Shown piece after piece: positions 16,371 to 24,235 of a stretch of DNA of 40,415 nt. The position numbers and the translations under genes are program-made. Within the stretch, counting starts at the first letter, position 1; each line of letters begins with the position of its first letter. Source of the DNA: a virus; the IMG/VR virus record IMGVR_UViG_3300006188_000005, positions 1-40,415 of that record. One strand, given 5' to 3'. The notes beneath the pieces were generated by a model. It ran no database searches. It was not told where the DNA came from and saw only the letters and a program-made list of their open reading frames with translations.

Positions 16371-18728
16371 TTACGCGCCGGGGTTCTTGACGATGCCGCG
16401 CCAGCCGACCGCCGCCACGCCGTAGCGGTGCGCAGCCTTCCAGGCGATGCCGTCGGTGCGGAAGTTCAGCTCCTGCTCCAGCGTCGGGGTCTGCACGCCG
16501 TCGAGGAAGGCGACCTCGAACACCGGCTCGGCCGCGGCGTTGGCCAGCGCGTACCATGCGGTGCCGGACAGGCGCGGCGTGTCGATGATGTCGTCGAACA
16601 GGTTGGCAACCATGTTGACGCGCTGCAGCTTGTTGGGCGTGTCCGGGTCGAACTCGCTGCGGTTGACGACGCGGGCGGTACCGCCCAGCGACAGCGGGCC
16701 GAGCCACAGGGCCGGGCGGATGTCGAGGAAATCGTTGCCGGCCGGGTCTTTCTGCTTGGCCATCTGCACGCGGGCGGCGTCGATGCTGGACACGCCCGGC
16801 GCGGCGCCGGTATCGGCGATGTTGCCGTGATCGGCGTGGAACAGCGCCTTGCCGTCGCCCATGGTCGGGCCGTTGCCGCTGTTGGCGGCGAACAGGGCGT
16901 AGACGTCCTTTTCGATGGTGCGGCCGGCCGCCTGGCCGAGCGCGCCCGCAACGCGCACCAGCGCGCCCAGGTCATCGTTGATGAGCACCTCGGGGGTGAT
17001 CTCCAGGATGCGACCCTTGCGCTTGCCCTGGATGGTTTCCTTGATGCCGTCGCCCAGCACGCCGGTTTCGTACTCGCCACGCTCGTTCGTTTCCTTGAGG
17101 TCGCTGAACGAACTCAGGTGGTAACGGCCGTGCGGGCGGTAGTCGATCAGGGTGCCGGTGGCGCAGAAGCGCGTCCAGGTGAACGGCGTGGCGTTGTAGC
17201 CACCGATGAGGATCTTGTGCAGCACGTTTTCCAGCAGCACGGGGAAGTCGCTGGTGGTCTGCGAGGCCAGCACGCGGCGGGCGATTTCCTCGCGGCCCAT
17301 GGCGCGGGTGTTGACGCCGGACTGGATCAGCATGCGCTCGGCGATGTTGAGCAGCGAGCTGGAGGCGAACGGGTTGCCCTGTCGCGCAGCCTGCGCCTCG
17401 GCGCCGCTGATGACGTTGTAGCGGGCCAGGATGATCTGCTCGGCCGCGCCGCGCAGCTTCTGGCCTTCCGTCTCGCCGTGCTCGACGCGCATGGCGTTGC
17501 CGGCGGGCTGGGCCGCGGCGCCGAGGATCGGCAGCAGCTGCGCGCGCACACTGTCCACGGTGACGGTGGGATCGGCCAGCGCGGCGACGTACAAGGCGTT
17601 CACGCCCTCGCGGGCCATGTACGGCTCCAGCACGGCCTGGATTTCGGTGTTGCGGGTGCGCAGGGCGGCGTGAACATCCGCCACGCTGGCTGCCGCCGGT
17701 GCGGCGCCACCACCTGCATTGCCACCGTCGCCCGGGTCACGCGCGGTATCACGAAGTGCCGCCATGGCACCGAACAGTTTGCGAAGTTTCATGGTGAGGT
17801 CTCCATCGTTGGCCGAGGCGGCCGTGGTGAGTGCGGTCACAAGTGCCCGCTGACCGCTGGCAGAGGCCAGCGCGGTTTGGATTTGCTCGATATCGATGCC
17901 GGCCGGCACGCGCAGGCGCGGCGTGCTGGCCGCAGGAAGCGCCGAGGGACGACGCGCCGCCGCAGCGATGGCAAGCTGGCGCATGGCTTCTGGCGCCTTG
18001 GCGAGCAGGCGCTGCAGGTGTGCAGCGCTGGCGCTGTCGGGCTCGGGTTCTTCCGTGTCGTCGGTGGAGGGATCGACCAGGGTGTCGGCGAAGCCTTCGG
18101 CCACAGCCTGCTCGCCGGTGTAGTAGTGGTCGGTGCCGTCCTGCAGCAGCGCGAGCATGTCGGCGCTGGGCTGGCCGGTCTTGGCGGTGTAGGCGCCGGC
18201 CATGGCCTGGGCGTAGATGTCGAGGGTGCTGGCCATCTCGCGCATGTCCTGCGCGTTGCCCTGCGCGAAGCCCCACGGCGCATGGATCATCAGCAGGGAG
18301 GCGGTGCCCATCTGCACGTCGTCGCCGGCCATGGCGATGAGGGAGGCGCTGGACATGGCGACGCCATCGATGCTGACCACCTTGCGCGCGCTGTGCCGCT
18401 TGAGCGCGTTGTAGATGGCGATGCCGTCGCTGACGCTGCCGCCGTAGCTGTTGATGCGCACGTTGATCTGCGTGGTGCCGGCGTCGAGCGCCGCCAGCTG
18501 CTGCACCACGCTGAGCGCGGTGACGGACTCGCCCCACCAGCTGTCGCCGATGTCGCCGTAGATGAGCAGCTCGGCCTCGCCGGTGGTGCCGGCCTGCGGG
18601 CGCAGCAGCATGAGCGGCTGGATGGTGGGCTTGCCCTGCCCGCCTTCGGCGAAGGCGCCGTAGAGCGGCATGGACTGCGCGGCGAGCAGCGCGGCGGTGA
18701 TGGCGGCGATGAGATGACGTTTACGCAT
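16371..18728 (-). CDS. Fused ClpP-like prohead protease / scaffold-like linker / major capsid protein (785 aa)
   Basis: The N-terminal third has ClpP/S14 features (INSYGGSVSDGIAIYNAL...GVAMSSASLIAMAGD...MIHAPW). A middle A/P/D-rich linker follows. The C-terminal 400 aa or so looks like an HK97-fold capsid protein. It is a single uninterrupted frame, and its ATG at 18728 overlaps the portal stop. Confidence 0.8.
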   Translation of the reverse strand: MRKRHLIAAITAALLAAQSMPLYGAFAEGGQGKPTIQPLMLLRPQAGTTGEAELLIYGDIGDSWWGESVTALSVVQQLAALDAGTTQINVRINSYGGSVSDGIAIYNALKRHSARKVVSIDGVAMSSASLIAMAGDDVQMGTASLLMIHAPWGFAQGNAQDMREMASTLDIYAQAMAGAYTAKTGQPSADMLALLQDGTDHYYTGEQAVAEGFADTLVDPSTDDTEEPEPDSASAAHLQRLLAKAPEAMRQLAIAAAARRPSALPAASTPRLRVPAGIDIEQIQTALASASGQRALVTALTTAASANDGDLTMKLRKLFGAMAALRDTARDPGDGGNAGGGAAPAAASVADVHAALRTRNTEIQAVLEPYMAREGVNALYVAALADPTVTVDSVRAQLLPILGAAAQPAGNAMRVEHGETEGQKLRGAAEQIILARYNVISGAEAQAARQGNPFASSSLLNIAERMLIQSGVNTRAMGREEIARRVLASQTTSDFPVLLENVLHKILIGGYNATPFTWTRFCATGTLIDYRPHGRYHLSSFSDLKETNERGEYETGVLGDGIKETIQGKRKGRILEITPEVLINDDLGALVRVAGALGQAAGRTIEKDVYALFAANSGNGPTMGDGKALFHADHGNIADTGAAPGVSSIDAARVQMAKQKDPAGNDFLDIRPALWLGPLSLGGTARVVNRSEFDPDTPNKLQRVNMVANLFDDIIDTPRLSGTAWYALANAAAEPVFEVAFLDGVQTPTLEQELNFRTDGIAWKAAHRYGVAAVGWRGIVKNPGA

Positions 18729-20256
18729 CGGTGGTGGCCTCGTTGTTGGAGCGATCGACCGCGGTGGCGGGATCGGCGCCGGGCTGGGTATTGGGCGCGG
18801 TTTGTGTACGGATGTCGGCGGTGCGCAGGTCGGCCTGCCACTTGGATTGCGCGCGAATGACGTCGGCCGGGTTGCGGCCCTGGCGGCGCACGATTTCAGA
18901 GCCGGCGATGTAGCAGCGGTCTTCCTGCATCTGCCAGCCAAGGACTTCCTTCACCGGATCAATCCACGGCATGACCGGCGGCATGTAGATGGCATGGCTG
19001 AGCTGGGCGAAGGTGACGCCCTTGACCGGCTTGATGAGGCCGCCCGCGAGGCACGAAGCAACGAAGCGCGGGTAGACCTCGCCGGTGCACATGTCGATGA
19101 AGGCCTGCTGCAGCAGCTGGTACGCGGTCCACTGTTCGACCAGCTCTTGCCGCTGGGCGCTGTAGGTACCGCCGTAGTTCTTGCTGCTGCTGGAATAGCT
19201 GACATCCGTGCCACCGGCGACGGCGCGCAATTGCCCGTCGCGCCAACCGACTGCGTTGGGGTTGGGCCGGTTGCTGTCGATGGTGCCGATTTCTTCACCG
19301 GGCAGCAGATCGTCGAAGATCATGCCGGGAGCGAAGTTCATCTGGCGGATGCCAGCCGGCTTGTCCATGTCGTAGCTGCCGGCGTCGCCCTTCTTGATGA
19401 AGGCGGCCATGGACGCAGCGATGCGCGCGGCGATGCGCTCGCTTTCCTCGTAGTCCTTGAGGTCATCGAGGCGCGACAGCACGCTGGCGAACATGCTCAC
19501 GCCGCGGCGGGTGTTGAGGCGGTCGACCAGCTTGATGTGGCCCACGGCGTCGGTGGGCAGGCGCTTCAACACCGGCAGGGTGACGAAGGGGTCACCGGGG
19601 TGTTCCTTGTACATCCAGTAGCCGCGCGGGCGACCCCAGGCGTCGATCTCGATGCCCTGGATGACTTGCTTGATGGGATCGTTGTAGTCGACCGGCACCA
19701 GGTCGGCTTCCAGCAGCTCCAGCGAGAACGGCGCGGCGGTGCCATGGCGCAGGCCTGGCACGCTGCCCTCCACGTACTGCCAGAAGCATTCGCCGTCGCG
19801 GAACCAGCTGCGGGCGACGAGCTGTTCATAGCGGGCGCGGTTGAACTCGCCGGTGACTTCCGGCGAGCGGCTCCACTGCTGCCACAGCTCGTCGAGTTGC
19901 TTGGCGAGGTCGGTGAGCACGTTGCCATCGGCGTCGCGCGGCTGCGGCTCCACGCCGATGCCGTTGGGACCGACGACGTTGCGCACCAGCACGTTGAGGA
20001 TGCCGCGGCTCAGGTCGTGGTTGCGGTCGAGATTGCGCGCGAGGTCGCGCAGTTGCTTGTGTGCGAGGCCGGCGACGGTGTTACCGCTGCCGAAGTCGCG
20101 CTGTTTCTTGCGCAGGCGGGAATGGTTGACCGCCTCATAGGCGTTGCCGTAGGCGGCGACGCGCAGGCGCGAACGGGCGCGGGATTCCGCCCAGCCTGGC
20201 GCGATGGCTAGGATGGCGCGCTCGATCCGGCCAAGCTTGGCGGCCTTCACGCTCAT
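18721..20256 (-). CDS. Portal protein, lambda family
   Basis: 511 aa. MSVKAAKLGRIERAILAIAPGWAESRARSRLRVAAYGNAYEAV...RKKQRDFGSGN resembles lambda gpB-family portals. The ATG at 20256 overlaps the gpW stop (ATGA). Confidence 0.88.
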   Translation of the reverse strand: MSVKAAKLGRIERAILAIAPGWAESRARSRLRVAAYGNAYEAVNHSRLRKKQRDFGSGNTVAGLAHKQLRDLARNLDRNHDLSRGILNVLVRNVVGPNGIGVEPQPRDADGNVLTDLAKQLDELWQQWSRSPEVTGEFNRARYEQLVARSWFRDGECFWQYVEGSVPGLRHGTAAPFSLELLEADLVPVDYNDPIKQVIQGIEIDAWGRPRGYWMYKEHPGDPFVTLPVLKRLPTDAVGHIKLVDRLNTRRGVSMFASVLSRLDDLKDYEESERIAARIAASMAAFIKKGDAGSYDMDKPAGIRQMNFAPGMIFDDLLPGEEIGTIDSNRPNPNAVGWRDGQLRAVAGGTDVSYSSSSKNYGGTYSAQRQELVEQWTAYQLLQQAFIDMCTGEVYPRFVASCLAGGLIKPVKGVTFAQLSHAIYMPPVMPWIDPVKEVLGWQMQEDRCYIAGSEIVRRQGRNPADVIRAQSKWQADLRTADIRTQTAPNTQPGADPATAVDRSNNEATTDA

Positions 20257-20522
20257 CCGTGCAGCCACGTGTAATCGAACTCGCCGCCCTCGGGCGCGGT
20301 GGGCTGGCCGGTGAGGTTGGCGAGCCGCACGCCGACGACGCCCTGCCCGGCCTGCGCGCGCGCTTCACCGTTGGCGATGCGGGTCCACTCGCGGCGGCCG
20401 GCCTGCACCATGCTGAGGTCGGCGCGGGTGAGCTGGCGGTCACCCCAGCGGTACGACTGCCCGCCGAGAATGGCGGCCTCGGCGGCGATGTACTTGTCGC
20501 GCATGTCGGTGGCGGTGTTCAT
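20253..20522 (-). CDS. Head-tail joining protein gpW-like
   Basis: About 89 aa (MNTATDMRDKYIAAEAAILGGQSYRWGDRQLTRADL...). This is the size, position (between terminase and portal) and sequence style of lambda gpW. The open frame extends to a GTG at 20531. Confidence 0.75.
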   Translation of the reverse strand: MNTATDMRDKYIAAEAAILGGQSYRWGDRQLTRADLSMVQAGRREWTRIANGEARAQAGQGVVGVRLANLTGQPTAPEGGEFDYTWLHG

Positions 20523-20543
20523 GGCCGCCACTTTCCGCGCGAG

Positions 20544-20576
20544 GTTGTGCCACGTTTACCGGACGGGTGGCACAAC
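20544..20576 (-). repeat. Conserved intergenic hairpin, copy D (10-bp stem)
   Basis: GTTGTGCCAC-GTTTACCGGACGG-GTGGCACAAC lies in the gap between the acidic-protein stop (20605) and the gpW start (20522). Confidence 0.85.
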
Positions 20577-20604
20577 GCTGCGCAGGTTGGCCGTTAGTTA
20601 GGCC

Positions 20605-20871
20605 TCACCATTCGCTTCCGCACAGCCAGCCGGGGTCATCCCCGTGCTCGACCAGCATTTCCCGCACGCTCGTGGTCTGCCCTTCGATGGGACACTCGTT
20701 TTCGTCAAATGCCGGGTAGCGTCTATCGAGTTCGGCATCATCCAGCTCGCGCGGGTAGCCGTCGGCCATCGGCTCGTCCTCCCCGACCGTGTCGTGCCAC
20801 AGCCGCTTTGCTTCTTCTGCATCGTTTGCTGCATAAACGTCGCTGTCATCGCATTGGTAGGCTTTCAACAT
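20605..20871 (-). CDS. Very acidic small protein (88 aa), function unknown
   Basis: MLKAYQCDDSDVYAANDAEEAKRLWHDTVGEDEPMADGYPRELDDAELD... By my count it has 25 D/E versus 7 K/R. A GGAGA RBS lies upstream. It sits in an AT-richer segment flanked by non-coding gaps. Confidence 0.7.
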   Translation of the reverse strand: MLKAYQCDDSDVYAANDAEEAKRLWHDTVGEDEPMADGYPRELDDAELDRRYPAFDENECPIEGQTTSVREMLVEHGDDPGWLCGSEW

Positions 20872-20941
20872 TTCGTTTCTCCGGTAGTTGCGGTCTAACT
20901 CGTCATCCGTACGGACGCTGACGTGCCGCTAAATTCCAGTG

Positions 20942-21226
20942 TTACAACTGGCTGAGGATGCGGTAGTAGGTGCGCCGGCTGATGGCGAAGTGGCGGCAGG
21001 TGTCGCGTACCGATTCGCCGCGGTCGCGAGCGGAGCGGATCTCATCCACGTCGCGCACCTGGTAGGGCTGGGGGATGTAAAGCTCGTCGCCGCCGTACTG
21101 CTGCTGCAGGTAGCGCACGATGGGTTCGGCGTACTGGCTAGCTTCGTCGAAGGCGAGGCCGCGGGCTTCCTGCAGCGCCACGGCGAGTTCGTCCTGCAGG
21201 GCCTGAGCGACATTGAGGGTGGTCAT
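20942..21226 (-). CDS. Mor-family (Mu Mor/C-like) transcriptional activator
   Basis: 94 aa ending ...GGDELYIPQPYQVRDVDEIRSARDRGESVRDTCRHFAISRRTYYRILSQL. This has the LYIP motif plus a C-terminal HTH characteristic of the Mor family. The ATG overlaps the large terminase stop. Confidence 0.7.
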   Translation of the reverse strand: MTTLNVAQALQDELAVALQEARGLAFDEASQYAEPIVRYLQQQYGGDELYIPQPYQVRDVDEIRSARDRGESVRDTCRHFAISRRTYYRILSQL

Positions 21227-23196
21227 CGGCGGGTCATCCAGTCAGCAGATGCGAAGGGGTTGGCTCGGGGTGCGGCTGGCATGGTCGGAGGCGGCACGGG
21301 AAGGTCGGCGGCTTCGACGGGTGCGCGGGCCTTTTCAGGGCCGGTTTTTTTCTCGTCGATGAAGCGAGCGACGAAGAGGTCATCGGTGCCGGGTTCCAGC
21401 TTGGCCTCAAGGGTGGCCCAATCGGCATCGCGCTTGAGGTGGATGCGCACCTGCGGGCTGAGCGCGGCGGCGTAGGCATAGACCAGGGTGTCGAGCGACT
21501 CGTTGCGGGCGCCGCTTTTCTTCACCCAGCGCTTGGCGGTGAGGTCGAAGCGCTCGGCGGTGAGCATGGCGTAGTAGTCGTCGCCGAGGTCGGCCGGGAA
21601 GTGGATGAGTCGGGATTCCTCGGCGCGGTCGGCGTCGCCGAGCAAGCGCTGCATCAGGGTGGTCTTGGCGGTGTTGACGCCGATCAGCCACAAGTTGATG
21701 CCCTTGCGCACGGTACGGCCGCGCTTGTCGGCATCCTGTTTGCTGGCGCGGCCGATGATGGGGCGCGCGGCATCCTTGCTGCCCTTGATGGCCATGTAGC
21801 CCTGCGCCTGCATGGGGCGAACGGCGGTGTAGACCTCTTGCGTCCAGTTGCCGGAGTCGACGCAGCCAGCGGCGATGCGCAACGGGACACTGCAGGCATT
21901 GTCGATGGGTTGGGCGAGGTAATCCCACAGGATGCCCCAGTCTTCGATGCGGGTGGGGTCGGCGGGCAGCTCGACGTAGTCGATGATCCACGCCTGCTCG
22001 TTGCGACCCCAGGCGACGAGTTGCACGGCAAAGCGGTTGACCTGAACGTCGACGCCAGCGGTGAGGATGAGCGCCCCGCGCGGGATGCTGCGGCGGACCC
22101 ACTTGCCAGCACGCTGCGACAGCTCGCTGGCCTCGACTTTCTGGCTGGCGCCTTCGTAGCTTTCGCCGAGGATGGTGTTGGTGAAGGTGGTGAGCAGGGC
22201 CGGGTCTTTACGCGCGGCGGCGCGCATGTCGGCGATTTCCTGCCAGGTGTAGCCGAGGCCGATGGGTGCGTAGGCTGCCCAGACGGCGAAGCTGCGATGC
22301 AGGGCACTGCGCTCGGGATGGCGTGCGATCCACTGCCCGGCAGCGAGCATGGCGGACTTGTGGTGTTCCGCGATCAGCTGACCACAGCCGGTGCAGAGGT
22401 AATGGCCGTCGTCGGTGATCTGGTCGATGTGCAGCACCTGCCGCTCGCCGCAGTGCGGGCACGTCAGCCAGAGCTGGCTCTGGTCGCCGGCTTCGTAGTT
22501 GCGGTCGATCGCGCAGGCGTCCTTGACCGTGGGCGAACTGATGTCGAGGATCTTGCGTCGCGTGAAGGTTGAGGTGCGGCGGATGGCCTGTTCTTCCGCG
22601 CTGCCCTGGTCGTCAAGGTCGCCCGGGTACTTGCTCGACTCGTCTAGCACCAGGTTCTTGATGGGCATCGTGGCGAGGCTGTTGCCGCTGTTCGCCCCGC
22701 TGAAAATGATCATGCCCGCCGGGAACTTCTTGCTCAGCAGGGTGTTACCGCTGGTGCGGCTGGTGGCCGGCCCGATGCGCTCGCGCAGGCACGGCATCAG
22801 CTCGACGATGGGCGCGAAACGGTGTTCGCTGAATTTGCGAGCCATGTCGAGCGTGGGCAGCACGTACATGGTCGGGCCCGGGTTGTGCTCGACGATGTAG
22901 GCCAGCCAGTTGATGCCGACTTCGGTGCCGCCGACCTGCGTGGACTTGCGGATGGTGATGCGGCGCACGGTGGATTCGGCGCTGAGGCAGTCCATGATCT
23001 CGCGCAGGTAGGGGGCGCGGTCGGTGCGCCACTTGCCGGGTTCGGCGGCGCCTTCGCGGGGCAGCACGCGGTAGGTGTCGGCCCAGGCGCTGACGGTGAT
23101 GGGGTCCGGCTTCGTCCAGCCGCGCGACCAGCTCGCGGTGGCGATGTCGGCGCCATCGGCCAGGGCGACGTCGTGCGGGTGCGCGTCGAGGGTCAT
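21223..23196 (-). CDS. terL: Terminase large subunit, lambda GpA family
   Basis: 657 aa. WADTYRVLPREGAAEPGKWRTDRAPYLREIMDCLS...IRKSTQVGGTEVGINW (Walker A-like) and the CPHCGERQVL zinc-ribbon segment are typical of GpA terminases. Confidence 0.92.
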   Translation of the reverse strand: MTLDAHPHDVALADGADIATASWSRGWTKPDPITVSAWADTYRVLPREGAAEPGKWRTDRAPYLREIMDCLSAESTVRRITIRKSTQVGGTEVGINWLAYIVEHNPGPTMYVLPTLDMARKFSEHRFAPIVELMPCLRERIGPATSRTSGNTLLSKKFPAGMIIFSGANSGNSLATMPIKNLVLDESSKYPGDLDDQGSAEEQAIRRTSTFTRRKILDISSPTVKDACAIDRNYEAGDQSQLWLTCPHCGERQVLHIDQITDDGHYLCTGCGQLIAEHHKSAMLAAGQWIARHPERSALHRSFAVWAAYAPIGLGYTWQEIADMRAAARKDPALLTTFTNTILGESYEGASQKVEASELSQRAGKWVRRSIPRGALILTAGVDVQVNRFAVQLVAWGRNEQAWIIDYVELPADPTRIEDWGILWDYLAQPIDNACSVPLRIAAGCVDSGNWTQEVYTAVRPMQAQGYMAIKGSKDAARPIIGRASKQDADKRGRTVRKGINLWLIGVNTAKTTLMQRLLGDADRAEESRLIHFPADLGDDYYAMLTAERFDLTAKRWVKKSGARNESLDTLVYAYAAALSPQVRIHLKRDADWATLEAKLEPGTDDLFVARFIDEKKTGPEKARAPVEAADLPVPPPTMPAAPRANPFASADWMTRR

Positions 23197-23813
23197 GCGG
23201 CTTCCTGCACGGGGAGCGCCGGCAGCGGCTTGGCGGCGGCGAGGTCGCGCATCACGTTGCGCAGCTCGTCGCTGAGCAGCTTATGCACGGCGGCGGGGTC
23301 GGTGACCGCGGCGAGCTGGGCGCTCAGGCGGTCGGGGATGGCGTCCAGCGCATCCATCGCCTGCCGCGACAGGCCGAAGATGGCGGCCTCGACTTCGGCA
23401 CGGCGCACCAGCGTGCCGGCTTTCTCGGCCAGCTCGAGTTCGGCCAGGCGCGCCTTGGCGATGCGCTCGCGGGTGGCGGCGGTCTTGTAGGCGCCGTCGC
23501 TGTCCGGCGTGCGCGGCTGCGTGTCGCCGCCTGCGGCTGCCGGAGCCGCGGCCGGGGCGCTGCCCTGCCCCGCATCTTGCGCAGCGCTCACAGGCGCGCT
23601 GGTGGCGGTGGCGGGCTTGCTGGTGCGGTCGCCGCCGCGGGCCGGATCGTCGGTGCGCTCCAGCAGCGCGATGGTCGCGGCCACGTCGACCAGCTTGCCG
23701 CTCGCGTCCAACACCAGCCGGCCCTGGTGTCCGAGCTTCGTGACGTAGGGCTGCGAGCAGCCGCGGATGCGGGCGAACTCCGAGCGGGTGACGAACTGCG
23801 AATCAGCGGTCAT
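23193..23813 (-). CDS. terS: Terminase small subunit (Nu1-like, N-terminal HTH)
   Basis: 206 aa starting MTADSQFVTRSEFARIRGCSQPYVTKLGHQGRL (winged-HTH style). It has an ATGA overlap with terL and an AAGGTGG RBS. Confidence 0.8.
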   Translation of the reverse strand: MTADSQFVTRSEFARIRGCSQPYVTKLGHQGRLVLDASGKLVDVAATIALLERTDDPARGGDRTSKPATATSAPVSAAQDAGQGSAPAAAPAAAGGDTQPRTPDSDGAYKTAATRERIAKARLAELELAEKAGTLVRRAEVEAAIFGLSRQAMDALDAIPDRLSAQLAAVTDPAAVHKLLSDELRNVMRDLAAAKPLPALPVQEAA

Positions 23814-23969
23814 AACCCACCTTCACACCGCGCAATTCACCCAAGCCGAGGCGATTAACCAAAGCGTAAACCGTTGAACTAGCGCGATTTTGCGCGCCAA
23901 ATGACCCGCATTTCCCGTTGCTGGGTAGGACCCGCGCCCGGGCGGCCGTGGCACCCTTCACCGCGCCAT

Positions 23970-24205
23970 TGCCCAACCTGACCAACCTTTCTTCGGTGAG
24001 GTTGGGCAGCGGGAACCCGCGCCGTTGCGCCGATTGCCCAACCTGCCCAACCTGCCCAACCTGTTTACGCACATATAGAGATGAAAGCCGTTGACCATCC
24101 ATATACGCGCGAGACTCGAAAAGGTCGGGCAGGTTGGGCAACGCGCGCCACTGCGCCATCCGTGAGGTTGGGCAGAGGTTGGGCAGAGGTTGGGCAGGTT
24201 GGGCA
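23970..24205. repeat. Iteron array: about 12 copies of a 9-bp motif (TGCCCAACC / GGTTGGGCA) in two opposed clusters around an AT-rich core; candidate cos (terminase-binding) or replication origin
   Basis: TGCCCAACC occurs at 23970, 24035, 24044 and 24053, with a degenerate TGACCAACC at 23979. The inverse GGTTGGGCA occurs at 24000, 24132, 24166, 24177, 24188 and 24197, with a degenerate GGTCGGGCA at 24123. The AT-rich core is 24062-24122. The array lies in the 420-bp non-coding gap between terS and the VirE-like gene. Confidence 0.85.
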
Positions 24206-24235
24206 ATCGCGGGCGGACTGCCGCGCATGCAGGCA

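Noticed and set aside
16371-18728. Splitting the protease-capsid ORF into two genes at the internal Met (MKLRKLFG...).
   Set aside because: There is no stop codon or frame change between the domains, and I saw no clear RBS before the internal ATG. I kept it as one ORF and flagged the alternative as a finding.
23970-24205. The short tandem repeats could be a CRISPR array. The ORF 23803-24297 (minus) translating QVGQVGQVGQ could be a repeat protein.
   Set aside because: The repeat unit is only 9 bp with 0-2 bp between copies. There are no spacers, and the two clusters are inverted relative to each other. No cas genes are present. The ORF is just the translation of the iterons in a non-coding gap.
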